Source: Candidatus Limnocylindria bacterium (lineage in GTDB: Bacteria; Chloroflexota; Limnocylindria; QHBO01). From it: a DNA stretch of 64,000 bases. Position numbers and translations under genes: made by a program. The notes below the pieces were generated by a model that did not search any database, was not told the origin of the DNA, and saw only the letters and a program-made list of their open reading frames with translations. The stretch is from assembly GCA_036555375.1 (NCBI GenBank), contig DATBLJ010000018.1, positions 2,617 to 66,616 of the forward strand, written 5' to 3'. The first letter of the stretch is position 1; each line of letters opens with the position of its first letter. This document shows, piece after piece, positions 21,763 to 33,296 of this stretch.

Positions 21763-22854
21763 ATGCGCGCGTCCGTCGCAGCGCGGCCACTGGTCGGAGG
21801 TCCCGGCCTCGGCCGCGCGTCCCTTGTCATCGGCGCCGGGATCATCCTCGTCGTGGTGGCGGCGTTGACCGCGATCGCGGTCGGGAGCACCGAGGTCGGG
21901 CTCGGAGACGCGATCGGGATCCTGGCGCAACGGCTGGGGATCCCGGTCACCGAGAGCTGGGCGCCGACCGCGCCGACGATCCTGTTCGAGGTTCGTCTGC
22001 CGCGCGTCCTGGCCGGGATCGTGGTCGGCGCCGGCCTCGGCGCGGCGGGAGTCGTCTTCCAGGCCCTGCTGCGCAACCCGATGGCCGACCCCTACGTCAT
22101 CGGTGCCGCGGCCGGCGCCTCGCTGGGGGCCGTCCTGGCCATCACCGCCCCGATCATCCTGCCGGTCCTCGCGGTGGGGGCCGGCACGGCATGGCTGGGC
22201 ATCGGCCTCGTCCAGGTGGCCGCCTTCGTCGGGGGACTCGGCGCGGTGGCGATCGTCCTGGCCGTCGCGCGGCAGGGCGGCCGCTCGAGCATGGTCACCC
22301 TGCTCCTGACCGGCTACGCCGTCTCGTCGCTCCTGGCCGCGGGCACCGCCCTCCTGCTCGTCAACTCGGGCCGCGCCATGTCGGCGGTGGTCGGCTGGCT
22401 CCTCGGCTCGCTGGGCGGCGCCGGCTACCCGGAGCTCGCGATCGCCGCGCCGCTGGTGATCGGCGGGTCGGCGCTGCTCCTCGTCCAGTGGCGGACCCTG
22501 AACCTGCTGCTCCTCGGCGACGAGGCGGCGGCCGGTCTCGGGGTCGACCTCGTTCCGGCCCGGCGTGGGCTCGTCCTGCTCGCCACCATCGTCACCTCGG
22601 CGGCGGTCGCGCTGGCCGGCACGATCGGCTTCGTCGGGCTCGTCGTGCCGCACCTCGTCCGGCTGGTCCTCGGCCCCGACCATCGGCTCCTGCTGCCCGC
22701 CAGCTGCCTGGGTGGCGCCGCGCTGCTCGTCACCGCCGACCTCGTCGCCAGGGTGGCGGGCGGGGTGCCGGTCGGGGTCGTGACCGCGCTCATCGGCGCG
22801 CCGTTCTTCCTCTGGCTCCTCCATCGCGCCGCCACGGCGTCGACGGCGCCATGA
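21763..22854 (+). CDS. FecCD-family ABC permease (BtuC-like)
   Basis: 363 aa, about 9-10 TM helices; FecCD signatures (…LLLTGYAVSSLLAAG…, …VGLVVPHLVRLVLG…). Confidence 0.85.
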   Translation: MRASVAARPLVGGPGLGRASLVIGAGIILVVVAALTAIAVGSTEVGLGDAIGILAQRLGIPVTESWAPTAPTILFEVRLPRVLAGIVVGAGLGAAGVVFQALLRNPMADPYVIGAAAGASLGAVLAITAPIILPVLAVGAGTAWLGIGLVQVAAFVGGLGAVAIVLAVARQGGRSSMVTLLLTGYAVSSLLAAGTALLLVNSGRAMSAVVGWLLGSLGGAGYPELAIAAPLVIGGSALLLVQWRTLNLLLLGDEAAAGLGVDLVPARRGLVLLATIVTSAAVALAGTIGFVGLVVPHLVRLVLGPDHRLLLPASCLGGAALLVTADLVARVAGGVPVGVVTALIGAPFFLWLLHRAATASTAP

Positions 22855-23654
22855 CCTCCCAGCCATCCACCGGGCCGGTCCTCGCCCTGGAGACGGTCAC
22901 CTTCGCGTACCGCCGCCGAGGCCGGCCGGACCGCGAGGTCCTGCGCGGGATCAGCCTGGCGGTGGACCCCGGTGAGCTGGTCGTCCTGCTGGGTCCGAAC
23001 GGGAGCGGCAAGACGACGCTCCTCCGGATCGCCATGGGCCGGCTGACCCCCGACGGTGGCAGCGTTCGGGTCGACGGCCGCCCGGTCGAATCGTGGAGCC
23101 GGCGGGAGCTCGCCCAGCGAGTCGCCGTCCTGCCCCAGCTCGCGACCCTGCCCGACGGCTTCCGCGTCGAGGAGCTGGTCGAGATGGGCCGGGCGCCGCA
23201 CGCCCGCAGCCGATTCGGGGCCAGCGACGGGGACGCTCGGGCGGTCGAGCGGGCGCTCGCCGATGCCGAGGCCACCGATCTCGTGGGCCGCCGGATCGAG
23301 GAGCTGTCCGGCGGGGAGCGCCAGCGCGTCCTGGTCGCGATGGCCCTCGCCCAGGAGCCGCGCATCCTGCTCCTCGACGAGCCGACCCAGCATCTTGACC
23401 TCGCCCACCAGGTTGCCCTGTTGGCCGCCCTCGACCGGTTGCGCCGCCTGCGGGGCGTGACGGTCGTCGCCGTCCTCCACGACCCGGCGCTCACCGTGCT
23501 GGCGGAGCCCCGGGTCGTGCTCCTCGAGGAGGGACGGATCGTGGCCGACGGGCCGGCCGCACAGGTCCTCGAGCCCGCCGTGGTGGCCCGGGTCTTCGGG
23601 GTGTCCCTCCCCACCGTGCTGGCGCTGACGGGGCGCGCCGGCGGGCCTGGCTAG
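22851..23654 (+). CDS. ABC transporter ATP-binding protein (BtuD/FecE-like)
   Basis: ATG 22851 overlaps the permease stop (ATGA). Walker A GPNGSGKTT, signature LSGGERQRV, Walker B ILLLDEPT. Confidence 0.85.
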   Translation: MTSQPSTGPVLALETVTFAYRRRGRPDREVLRGISLAVDPGELVVLLGPNGSGKTTLLRIAMGRLTPDGGSVRVDGRPVESWSRRELAQRVAVLPQLATLPDGFRVEELVEMGRAPHARSRFGASDGDARAVERALADAEATDLVGRRIEELSGGERQRVLVAMALAQEPRILLLDEPTQHLDLAHQVALLAALDRLRRLRGVTVVAVLHDPALTVLAEPRVVLLEEGRIVADGPAAQVLEPAVVARVFGVSLPTVLALTGRAGGPG

Positions 23655-24808
23655 GTGCCGGTATCGCCCTTGGTCGCCTCGACGTGGGCGGCCTCGACCT
23701 CCGCGACGAACTGGGGATCGGGCGGGCTGTAGATGTCGAGCCAGTGGTTCACCAGGATGACGATCACGGCGAGGACCGGAACTCCGAAGAGAGCGCCCCA
23801 GAGCCCGGCCAGCTGGACCCCGACCAGCAGCCCGAGGAACAGGAGGATGGGGTGGAGGCCGAGTGACTCCTGGACCAGCTTCGGCTGCAGGACGTTGACG
23901 AGACCTCCCTGGACGATCACGAGGACGACCGAGGCCACGAGCGCGACCAGCCAGTTCTCGCTGGTGAGGAACGCGACGAAGATCGGCGGGATCAGCGCCA
24001 GCGGTGGGCCGATCATCGGGATGAACATCAGGAGACCGGAGATCACGGCCGCCACGAAGATGTACTCCATCCCGCCCAGTGCCCGGGCGATCAGCCCGAC
24101 CACCATGACGAGCCCGAACATGACCAGGGCGAGCACCGTCTGGGCCCGGATGAAGCCGCCGAACGAGCGGGCAACGCCCTCCTGGAAGAGGAGCGACTGG
24201 TCGCGAAGCCGGCTCGGCACGAGCCGGCTGAGCCAGACCATGATCTTGTGGCTGTCGAGGACCATGAACAGCGACAGCAGGACGACGAGGAACAGCGTGG
24301 CGATGACGCTGAACGCGCCGCTGGCAATGGCCCCGGCCGACCCGGCCAGCTGCCCGCCGAGCTCCCCGATCTGGTCGGCGAGCTGGTCGAACAGGACGGC
24401 AACGTCCGGATCGTGGACGCCGATCGCATCCTGGATCTCCTGGATCTGGGCCAGGATCTGGTCCTGGCGTGACGGCCACGTCCCGATGAAGTCGGCGAGG
24501 TCGCCGACCATGACCGCCGCCACGACGAGGAGGAACCCTCCCAGGGCGACGATCGTGATGCTGAACGCGAGGCCGACCGCGGCGCCCCGTCCGATCTTCA
24601 GGCGCTCCTGGACCCGGTGGACGAGCGGCGAGATCAGGAAGGCGAGCAACCAGGCCAGGAAGACGGCGATGATGATCGACTGGAACTGGGCAAAGAAGTC
24701 CAGCAGGATCGCCAGGGCCAGGAGCCCGAAGTAGAGCGACCCGGTGATGAGGAAGACGGCGAGCAGCCGTCGCTCCCGGACCCACGCCCCCTGGAACAGC
24801 TCGATCAC
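23651..24808 (-). CDS. AI-2E family transporter (PerM/YhhT-like)
   Basis: 385 aa; 8 TM helices with the characteristic AI-2E topology and conserved central segment. Stop overlaps the convergent ATPase gene end. Confidence 0.75.
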   Translation of the reverse strand: MIELFQGAWVRERRLLAVFLITGSLYFGLLALAILLDFFAQFQSIIIAVFLAWLLAFLISPLVHRVQERLKIGRGAAVGLAFSITIVALGGFLLVVAAVMVGDLADFIGTWPSRQDQILAQIQEIQDAIGVHDPDVAVLFDQLADQIGELGGQLAGSAGAIASGAFSVIATLFLVVLLSLFMVLDSHKIMVWLSRLVPSRLRDQSLLFQEGVARSFGGFIRAQTVLALVMFGLVMVVGLIARALGGMEYIFVAAVISGLLMFIPMIGPPLALIPPIFVAFLTSENWLVALVASVVLVIVQGGLVNVLQPKLVQESLGLHPILLFLGLLVGVQLAGLWGALFGVPVLAVIVILVNHWLDIYSPPDPQFVAEVEAAHVEATKGDTGT

Positions 24809-25809
24809 GGCGTCCTCCGACCCGGCCGACCGGTGCCCACCGCCTGGAGAACCTCCTGCCGGGTGGCCTCCAGGATCGGACGCACCTTGTCCGCTCCCGC
24901 CGAGAGTACCGCCTCGACGAGATCGGGATCAGCCGCCAGCTCGGCCCGCTTCTCGCGCATCGGGCGGAAGAACTCGATCATCCGGTCCGCCAGCAGGCCC
25001 TTCGTGTCGACGCAGCCGGTCCGCGCGGTCCGCTCGCCATCCTGGATCTCGAGGTAGTCGCCCCCGAAGAAGCGGTGGAGCTGGCAGACGTTGCAGACCT
25101 CGGGTCGGCCCGGATCGGTGCGCTTGATGCGGAGCGGGTCGGTGACCATGTTCATGATGATCCGCCGCATCTCGTCGGGCTCGGCGAAGATCGGGATCGT
25201 GTTGCCGGCAGACTTGCTCATCTTCCGGACGCCGTCGGTCCCGAAGACGACCGGGGCATCGGTAAAGACGGCGGCCGGCTCGGGGAAGATCGGTCCGTAG
25301 CGGTTGTTGAAGGCGCGCACGATCTCGCGCGACAGCTCGAGGTGGGGCGCCTGGTCCTTGCCGACGGGGACCTTGCTGGCCTTGTAAATGACGATGTCGG
25401 CGGCCTGCAGCACGGGATAGCTGAGCAGCCCATTGCTGTTGGCCTTGCCCTCGCCCAGGCCCTCCTTGTAGGTGGGGTTGCGTTCGAGCCAGCTCACCGG
25501 GACGACCGTGCTGAAGATCCAGCACAGCTCGGCCACCTCGGGAAAGTCGGACTGACGGATCAGCGCGCAGCGCTCCGGGTCGAGGCCGACCGCGAGCAGG
25601 TCGAGGGCCATGTCCCGGGTCAGGCGGCGCAGCTCGTCGCCGTCGTGGACGGTCGTCAGGGCGTGGTAGTCGACGATCGCGTAGATCGCCTCGAACTCGT
25701 CCTGCAGCGCGACGTAGTTGCGCTGGGCACCGAGGTAGTTGCCGAGATGGCTCGCGCCGCTCGGCTGGATGCCGGAGAAGACCCGTTCGCGCCCGGACGG
25801 CGTGGACAT
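24805..25809 (-). CDS. trpS: tryptophan--tRNA ligase
   Basis: Starts at MSTPSGRERVFSGIQPSG (ATG at 25809-25807). Class I HIGH-like GIQPSGASHLGN and KMSKS. The ORF-track N-extension to 26169 has no support and was rejected. Confidence 0.9.
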   Translation of the reverse strand: MSTPSGRERVFSGIQPSGASHLGNYLGAQRNYVALQDEFEAIYAIVDYHALTTVHDGDELRRLTRDMALDLLAVGLDPERCALIRQSDFPEVAELCWIFSTVVPVSWLERNPTYKEGLGEGKANSNGLLSYPVLQAADIVIYKASKVPVGKDQAPHLELSREIVRAFNNRYGPIFPEPAAVFTDAPVVFGTDGVRKMSKSAGNTIPIFAEPDEMRRIIMNMVTDPLRIKRTDPGRPEVCNVCQLHRFFGGDYLEIQDGERTARTGCVDTKGLLADRMIEFFRPMREKRAELAADPDLVEAVLSAGADKVRPILEATRQEVLQAVGTGRPGRRTP

Positions 25810-25887
25810 CCGGCCGAGTGTAGCGGAGCCGATTTGGGTGGCTGGTAGAATCGCCCACCTTCCCGACCGATCGCATCCGAGGCCGCC

Positions 25888-26718
25888 GTGTCCCCTTCGC
25901 GTCCGCTCCAGTCCGAGGGCGGTTTCCCGTGGGCGGCGGCGGCGCGCCGGGACCGCCGGGTCGGTCGCACGATCGAATTCCACCCCGAGATCGGCTCCAC
26001 CAACGATCGTGCCCGCGAGGCGCTCGCCGAGCCGGAGGGGGACGGTCTGGCGGTGGTCGCCGACCGCCAGCTGGCGGGACGCGGCCGAATGGGCCGGACC
26101 TGGCTGTCGCCGACCGGCGTGAACCTGCTGGTCAGCATCGGCCTCCGCCTGCACCTCCCAGCCGACCATGCCTGGTGGCTCTCGGCCGCCGCGATCCTCG
26201 CGCTCCGGTCCGCCGCCAGCGAGGCGGTCGGCGACGCCGAGCCGCTGAGCGTCCGATGGCCGAACGACCTCGTCACCCTCGACGGCCTGAAGGTTGCCGG
26301 CCTGCTGGTCGAGACCCAGGTCACCGGTGACGTGGTGAGCGGGGCGGTCGTCGGGATGGGCCTGAACGTGAACTGGCGCCGGGACGAGATGCCGTCCGAC
26401 ATCGCCTCGACCGCGACGTCGCTGGCCGACCTGGCCGGCGCCCCGATCGACCGCGTCGCGCTGCTCGGCGCATTGCTCGAGGCGCTCGACGCCGAGGTGC
26501 GGCTGGTCGAGGCCGGTGCCTCACCACTCAGCCGATTCCAGTCCGCGTCCTGGCTCACCGGCCGGGCGATCGAGGTCGAGACCCCGGCGGGCCGGTTGAC
26601 CGGCGTCGCCGGGCCGATCGCCGATGACGGCGGCCTGGTCCTCGCCGGCCCCGTCGTGCAGACCACGGTGAGCGTGGGCGAGGTGATCCGGGTCCACGCC
26701 GGGGCGGGTGCCGGATGA
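25888..26718 (+). CDS. birA: biotin--[acetyl-CoA-carboxylase] ligase
   Basis: 276 aa; BPL catalytic motif QLAGRGRMGRTWLSP; C-terminal SH3-like domain. No N-terminal HTH, so a group I ligase. Confidence 0.85.
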   Translation: MSPSRPLQSEGGFPWAAAARRDRRVGRTIEFHPEIGSTNDRAREALAEPEGDGLAVVADRQLAGRGRMGRTWLSPTGVNLLVSIGLRLHLPADHAWWLSAAAILALRSAASEAVGDAEPLSVRWPNDLVTLDGLKVAGLLVETQVTGDVVSGAVVGMGLNVNWRRDEMPSDIASTATSLADLAGAPIDRVALLGALLEALDAEVRLVEAGASPLSRFQSASWLTGRAIEVETPAGRLTGVAGPIADDGGLVLAGPVVQTTVSVGEVIRVHAGAGAG

Positions 26719-27317
26719 GCGAGCCGCGTCCCCGCCCGGCCGAATCCCGGCCGCGCTCCAGTCCGGCATCCGGGACCGATCCGGACCTCGCCGACGTCCG
26801 AGCCGCGCAACGCGACCGTCGGGCGTTTGATCGCCTGTACCGACGCTATCTCGACCGGGTGTACAGCTACGCCTTCTACCAGCTCGGTGACCACCACGAG
26901 GCGGAGGACGTGACCGAGCGCACCTTCCTCGCCGCGCTGGCCGGCCTGGATGGCTTCTCCGACGAAGGCGCCACCTTCCGCGCTTGGCTCTTCCGGATCG
27001 CGCACAACGCCATCGCGAACGCGCACCGGTCCCGCCAGCGACGCCGATCGGCACCGATCTCCGAGATCGAGCACCACCCGGCGCCGGGGGCCGATCCGGC
27101 GGGAGTAGTGGCGCGCGCTGACGAGGGCCGCGCGATCCGCGCCGCCCTGGCCCGGATCCCGGCCGATCGACGTCAGGCGATCGTCCTGCGCTTCGTCGAC
27201 GGCCTTTCGGCACGCGAAATCGGCGCCGTCCTCGATCGGAGTGAGGGCGCGGCCCGCGTCCTCCTCCACCGCGCGCTCCGCGATCTTGCCGAGGAGCTGG
27301 ACGAGGACCGGCTGTAA
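26715..27317 (+). CDS. ECF-type RNA polymerase sigma factor
   Basis: ATG overlaps the birA stop. Sigma-70 region 2 (…FLAALAGLDGFSDEGATFRAWLFRIAHNAIA…) and region 4 (…IVLRFVDGLSAREIGAVL…). Confidence 0.85.
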   Translation: MSEPRPRPAESRPRSSPASGTDPDLADVRAAQRDRRAFDRLYRRYLDRVYSYAFYQLGDHHEAEDVTERTFLAALAGLDGFSDEGATFRAWLFRIAHNAIANAHRSRQRRRSAPISEIEHHPAPGADPAGVVARADEGRAIRAALARIPADRRQAIVLRFVDGLSAREIGAVLDRSEGAARVLLHRALRDLAEELDEDRL

Positions 27318-27349
27318 CGAAACCGGCCGCCCGGTGTTAGCCCGGGTAG

Positions 27350-27691
27350 ATGACCCTCCATCCTGCCCCCCGCCCGACTGACGCCGAGCGCATCGACCGC
27401 GCCGTGAGCGCCCTCCTCGATGACGAGCCGGCGATCGTGCCGCCGACGCTCGCCGCCGAGCTCCGCACCGCTCGCTCGCTGCGCGACGGGCTCCACCTCG
27501 TGCCGCCGGGGACGGCCTTCGAGGCGGCGCTCGCTCGGCGCCTCGGCGCCGACGGGCTCCCGCTCGACGCCCGCCTCGGTGGATTCGTGCGACACCACAG
27601 CCGCCTGGTGGTCACCGGGGCGGTGGGATCGGTCGTGGTCAGCACGGCGGGGGTGGCCGTCGTCGCCTGGCGCCTGGTGCATCGGTCATGA
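27350..27691 (+). CDS. putative anti-sigma factor (single C-terminal TM helix)
   Basis: 113 aa directly after the ECF sigma gene. C-terminal hydrophobic helix (LVVTGAVGSVVVSTAGVAVVAW). Stop overlaps the accD start. Confidence 0.55.
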   Translation: MTLHPAPRPTDAERIDRAVSALLDDEPAIVPPTLAAELRTARSLRDGLHLVPPGTAFEAALARRLGADGLPLDARLGGFVRHHSRLVVTGAVGSVVVSTAGVAVVAWRLVHRS

Positions 27692-28625
27692 AGATCAAGT
27701 TTCCGTTCACCCGCCGATCGGCGCCGGCCGACACCTGGACGAAGTGTCCGCGCTGTGAGAACCAGCTCTTCAACCGGCAGCTCGAACGCAACGACCGGGT
27801 CTGCCCGACCTGCGAGTACCACTTCCGGCTGTCCGCACCGGAGCGGATCGCGCTCCTGCTCGACTCCGGCTCGTTCGTCGAGCGTGACGCGGGCCTGGTC
27901 AGCGGCGATCCGCTGACCTTCACCGACAGCAAGCCCTACCCCGAGCGGATCGAGTCCTCCCGCGCGAAGTCGGGCCTGGCCGACGCGGCGCTCTGGGGCA
28001 CCGGGCGGATCGAGAGCCAGCCCGTCGTGCTCGGCCTCTTCGATTTCCGGTTCATGGGCGGCTCGATGGGCAGTGTCGTCGGCGAGAAGGTGGCCCGGAC
28101 CTTCGAGGCGGCCCTGGCCGAGCGAGTCCCGGCCATCGTCGTGAGCGCGTCAGGCGGGGCGCGGATGCAGGAGGGCACGATCTCACTCCTCCAGCTGGCG
28201 AAGACGACCGCCGCGCTGGGCCGCCTGAACGAGGCGGGGATCCCGTTCATCAGCATCCTCACCGACCCGACGACCGGCGGCGTGTTGGCCAGCTTCGCGT
28301 CCCTCGGCGACGTGATCCTGGCCGAGCCCGGCGCGCTGATCGGCTTCGCCGGCGCCCGGGTCGCCAGCGGGACGGTGGGAGAGGAGCTTCCCGATGGGTT
28401 CCAGAGCGCGGAGCGGCTCTACGAGCACGGATTCATCGACGCGGTCGTGCCTCGCAGCCAGCTCCGGGCCATGGTCGCCCGCCTGGTTCGGCTCCTGCCG
28501 GTCGGCGGGCCCGCCGAGGGCGACGGCCGGCGCCTGCGCCCGATCGGCGCGCTGCAGGGCCTGGCCCAGCGCTTCGGCGGGGCTGTCAGCGAAACGGCCG
28601 GCATCGACACCGAGGCGCCGGCGCA

Positions 28626-28629
<4 letters not shown>
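27688..28629 (+). CDS. accD: acetyl-CoA carboxylase carboxyltransferase subunit beta
   Basis: N-terminal Cys4 zinc ribbon (CPRCENQ…CPTCEYH); CT-beta domain. Confidence 0.9.
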
Positions 28630-29632
<1,003 letters not shown>

Positions 29633-29636
<4 letters not shown>

Positions 29637-30103
29637 GCACCGACGAGACCGCCGAGGCCATGGCCAAGGCGGTCACCGCCCTGGTCCCGGCACTCACCGA
29701 GCGGCTGAGCCGCCACGGGCTGGCCGAGATCGAGGTCCGCCAGGGCGACCTCCGGGTCCGGGTCGTGGCACCCGGCCCGACCGGCGGCAGCGCTGCTGCC
29801 GGCGGTTCGGTCGAGGTCACCGTCACCACGTCCGACGTCGGCGTGACCCCGGTCGAGGGAACGACCGCGACCCTCGACCCGGTCCGATCACCGGCGGTCG
29901 GGCACTTCGTCTATGCCGACGGGCTCGGGCCGGGGCTGTCGGTCAGCGCCGGCACGGAGATCGGTTTCGTCGAGATGCTCGGCATCCGGCACGAGGTGCG
30001 GGCGGCCGCCGACGGCGTCGTGCGCCACCTCGTCGCGGAGAGCGGGGAGCCGGTCGAGTACGGCCAGCTCCTGGTCGAGATCGACCGGACACCAGCCGGC
30101 TGA
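29633..30103 (+). CDS. BCCP-like protein lacking the biotinyl-lysine (degenerate biotin carboxyl carrier paralog)
   Basis: Homologous to AccB over N- and C-terminal domains (…[18 protein letters not shown]…[41 protein letters not shown]). The canonical EAMKMMNEI is replaced by [10 protein letters not shown], so there is no lysine to biotinylate. Confidence 0.7.
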
Positions 30104-31467
30104 TGTTCGCCAAGATCCTGATCGCGAACCGGGGCGAGATCGCGGTGCGCATCCTGCGCACCTGCCAGGAGCTCGGGATCCCGGCGGTCGTCGCGTTCAG
30201 CGAGCCCGATCGCGACTCGCTGGCCGTCCGGTTGTCGGACGAGGCCATCTGCATCGGTCCGGCGGAAGCCCGCCGCTCGTACCTGAACCAGCCCGCGCTG
30301 ATCAGTGCCGCGCTGATCACCGGCTGCGACGCGGTCCATCCGGGCTATGGCTTCCTCTCCGAGGACGCCTCGTTCGCCGAGGCCTGCGCTGTCCACGACC
30401 TCGTGTTCATCGGCCCCCGGGCCCAGGTCATCGAGCGCTTCGCCTCGAAGTACGCGGTGCGCCGGATGCTGGCCGCCACCGGGCTGCCGACCGTGCCGGG
30501 CAGCACCGGGATCGTCGCCGACCTGGCGGACGCCCTGGCCCAGGCCGAGGCGGCCGGTTACCCGGTCCTGCTCAAGCCATCGGCCGGGGGTGGGGGACGC
30601 GGAATGCGGCTGGTGCGCTCGCCGCGCGAGATGGAGACCCAGCTGCCGCTCGCCCGGTCGGAGGCGCGCGCCGCCTTCGGGGACGACTCCCTCTACTTCG
30701 AGCGCTGGATCGAGGACAACCGTCACGTCGAGGTCCAGGTCCTCGTCGACAGCTACGGCAACGGGATCCATCTCGGGGAGCGCGACTGCTCCGTCCAGCG
30801 GCGGCACCAGAAGATCGTCGAGGAGGCGCCGTCGCCGGCGATGGACGAGCCGGCCCGCGAACGGCTCCGCGACCTCGCCATCCGCTCGGTGGTCGCCGCC
30901 GGCTACGAGAACGCCGGCACCCTCGAGTTCCTCCTCGACCGCGAGGGAAACTTCTATTTCATCGAGATCAACTGCCGCATCCAGGTCGAGCATCCGATCA
31001 CGGAGGCGCTGACGGGGATCGACCTCGTCGCCGAACAGCTCCGGATCGCGTCCGGCGAGCGGCTTACCCTGACCCAGGAGCAGGTCCAGCTGCGCGGGCA
31101 TGCGTTCGAGTTCCGGATCACGGCCGAGGATGCGCATGACAACTTCTCGCCGCAGACCGGGGTCGTATCCGAGCTCAGCTGGCCCGAGGGACCCGGCATC
31201 CGGGTCGACACCCACCTGTTCGCCGGCTACGAGATCCCGCCGTACTACGACTCGCTGCTCGCGAAGCTCATCGTCTGGGGCGAGGATCGCGGCGAGGCGC
31301 TGGCCCGCGCCCGGGCTGCCCTGGCCGACTGCCGGATCGAGGGGGTCAAGACGAACCTCCCCTTCCACCGGGCGATCGTCGACAATGCTGCCTTCGTGGA
31401 CGCCGAGGTCAGCACCAACCTGCTGGATCGCGTCGGGCCCGCCGCCTTCGTCGGCGAGCCAGCCTGA
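30103..31467 (+). CDS. accC: acetyl-CoA carboxylase biotin carboxylase subunit
   Basis: ATG 30103 overlaps the upstream stop (TGATG). [17 protein letters not shown]; ATP-grasp; …EMNTRIQVEHPITE…-like INCRIQVEHPITE. Confidence 0.95.
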   Translation: MFAKILIANRGEIAVRILRTCQELGIPAVVAFSEPDRDSLAVRLSDEAICIGPAEARRSYLNQPALISAALITGCDAVHPGYGFLSEDASFAEACAVHDLVFIGPRAQVIERFASKYAVRRMLAATGLPTVPGSTGIVADLADALAQAEAAGYPVLLKPSAGGGGRGMRLVRSPREMETQLPLARSEARAAFGDDSLYFERWIEDNRHVEVQVLVDSYGNGIHLGERDCSVQRRHQKIVEEAPSPAMDEPARERLRDLAIRSVVAAGYENAGTLEFLLDREGNFYFIEINCRIQVEHPITEALTGIDLVAEQLRIASGERLTLTQEQVQLRGHAFEFRITAEDAHDNFSPQTGVVSELSWPEGPGIRVDTHLFAGYEIPPYYDSLLAKLIVWGEDRGEALARARAALADCRIEGVKTNLPFHRAIVDNAAFVDAEVSTNLLDRVGPAAFVGEPA

Positions 31468-31482
31468 TTCTCCGGGAGACCG

Positions 31483-32001
31483 ATGAGCACCGATTCGCCC
31501 GCCGTCCCCACCGCGCCGGACCCGAGCCTGCCGCCGCTCCCGTGGGAAGCGGCCACGATCATGGAGATCCTCCCGCACCGCTACCCGTTCCTCCTCATCG
31601 ACCGGGTCGTCGAGATCGATCCGGGCCAGCGGGTCGTCGCCATGCGCAACGTGACCGCCAACGAGCCCCAGTTCCAGGGCCACTTCCCCGGCCGCCCGAT
31701 CATGCCCGGCGTCCTGCTCGTCGAATCGCTGGCCCAGGCCGGCTGCGTGGCGGTCCTCTCGACGCCCGAGAACCGCGGCAAGCTCGTCCTGTTCGGGGGC
31801 ATCGACGAGTGCAAGTTCCGCCGGATCGTCGTGCCCGGCGACACGCTGCGGCTCGAGATCACCGTCGAGAAACTGGGCCGCGTCTCGGGTCGCGCCCGGG
31901 CGGTGGCCTCGGTCGAGGGCGAGGTCGCCTGCGAGGCGTACCTGACGTTCATCATGCCCCGCGACCAGGACCTTGGCGGCAGCCGGGCCCCCGGTGGCTG
32001 A
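31483..32001 (+). CDS. fabZ: 3-hydroxyacyl-ACP dehydratase FabZ
   Basis: [14 protein letters not shown]…[21 protein letters not shown] (hotdog fold, catalytic His). Confidence 0.9.
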   Translation: MSTDSPAVPTAPDPSLPPLPWEAATIMEILPHRYPFLLIDRVVEIDPGQRVVAMRNVTANEPQFQGHFPGRPIMPGVLLVESLAQAGCVAVLSTPENRGKLVLFGGIDECKFRRIVVPGDTLRLEITVEKLGRVSGRARAVASVEGEVACEAYLTFIMPRDQDLGGSRAPGG

Positions 32002-33292
32002 CCGGGCGCCGTCACGCTCCTCCGCCGAGCGCGGGGAGCGGCGGGTCGTCATCACCGGCCTCGGGGCCGTGACGCCGCTCGGCAACGACGTCGAGACCTA
32101 CTGGGACGGTCTCGTCACCGGGCGGAGCGGGATCGACCGTTTCGCGAGCTTCGACCCGAGCGTGGTCGCGTCCCAGGTCGGGGGTGAGATCAAGGATTTC
32201 GATGCGACCGTCTACATGGATCGCAAGGACGTGCGCCGCCACGACCGGGTCGTCCACTACGCGTGGGCGGCCAGCGCCCAGGCGTTGACCGACGCCGGGC
32301 TGCCGATCCCGTTCGTCGAGGGCGATCCCGAGGCGGATCGGATCGGCGCCATCGTGGCCACCGGGATCGGGGGGATCACCTCGACGATCCGCGACGCCCA
32401 AGCGGCCCAGGTCGAGGGCTATGACCGGGTCGGCCCGTTCAGCATCCTGAACATGATTCCCGACACCGCCGCTGGCCACGTCGCCATCGCGGCCAACCTG
32501 CGTGGGCCGAACTACGCGACGGTGAGCGCCTGCGCGTCCTCGAACCACGCCCTTGGCGAGGCGGCCGGGATCATCCGGCGCGGCGACGCGGACGTGATGC
32601 TCGCCGGCGGGACCGAGGCCGCGATCTGCGAGTTCGTGGTCGCGGCCTTCAGCGCGATGCGGGCCCTCACGACGAAGCGCAACGCCGACCCGACCCACGC
32701 CTCGCGGCCGTTCGACGCCGACCGCGACGGCTTCGCCATCGCCGACGGCGCTGGCGTGGTCGTCCTGGAGGAGCTCGAGCATGCCCGGGCCCGCGGCGCG
32801 CGGATCCGGGCCGAGCTGATCGGCTACGGCGCCTCGGACGACGCGGCCCACGTGACGCTGCCCGCTCCAGGCGGGCGCGGGGCGGTGGCCAGCATGCGGA
32901 TCGCCCTCGCCGATGCCGGCCTGGTGCCCGGCGACCTGTCGTACATCAACGCCCATGGGACCTCGACCCCGCCGAACGACTCGGCTGAGACCGCCGCCAT
33001 CAAGACCGTGTTCGGTGACGATGCCTACCGGATCCCGGTGAGCAGCACGAAGTCGATGACCGGCCACTTGATGGGGGCTGGCGGCGGCATCGAGGCCGTG
33101 GCCTGCGTCCGGGCGCTCGAGACCGGGATGATTCCGCCGACCACGAACCACGAGACGCCGGATCCGGAATGTGATCTCGACTACGTGCCGAATGTCGCCC
33201 GCCGGGCGCCGATCACGACCGCCATGAGCAACGCGTTCGGTTTCGGCGGCCACAACGCGACCCTCGTCTTTCGGCGCTGGGACGGCGCCTGA
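31994..33292 (+). CDS. fabF: beta-ketoacyl-ACP synthase II
   Basis: GTG 31994 overlaps the fabZ end. KAS signatures ([14 protein letters not shown], active-site [24 protein letters not shown]). Confidence 0.9.
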   Translation: MADRAPSRSSAERGERRVVITGLGAVTPLGNDVETYWDGLVTGRSGIDRFASFDPSVVASQVGGEIKDFDATVYMDRKDVRRHDRVVHYAWAASAQALTDAGLPIPFVEGDPEADRIGAIVATGIGGITSTIRDAQAAQVEGYDRVGPFSILNMIPDTAAGHVAIAANLRGPNYATVSACASSNHALGEAAGIIRRGDADVMLAGGTEAAICEFVVAAFSAMRALTTKRNADPTHASRPFDADRDGFAIADGAGVVVLEELEHARARGARIRAELIGYGASDDAAHVTLPAPGGRGAVASMRIALADAGLVPGDLSYINAHGTSTPPNDSAETAAIKTVFGDDAYRIPVSSTKSMTGHLMGAGGGIEAVACVRALETGMIPPTTNHETPDPECDLDYVPNVARRAPITTAMSNAFGFGGHNATLVFRRWDGA

Positions 33293-33296
33293 CGGC

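Noticed and set aside
22191-22850. N-terminal 220 codons of ORF 22191-23654
   Set aside because: They overlap the FecCD permease in another frame. The ABC ATPase domain begins at ATG 22851 (ATGA coupling).
25810-25887. Possible T-box leader upstream of trpS
   Set aside because: Only 78 nt separate trpS from the divergent birA start, too short for a T-box; no specifier or T-box sequence is apparent.
24805-26169. 120-codon N-terminal extension of trpS in the ORF track
   Set aside because: TrpRS homology begins at MSTPSGRERVF (ATG 25809-25807). The extension is low-complexity and would run through the birA promoter region.
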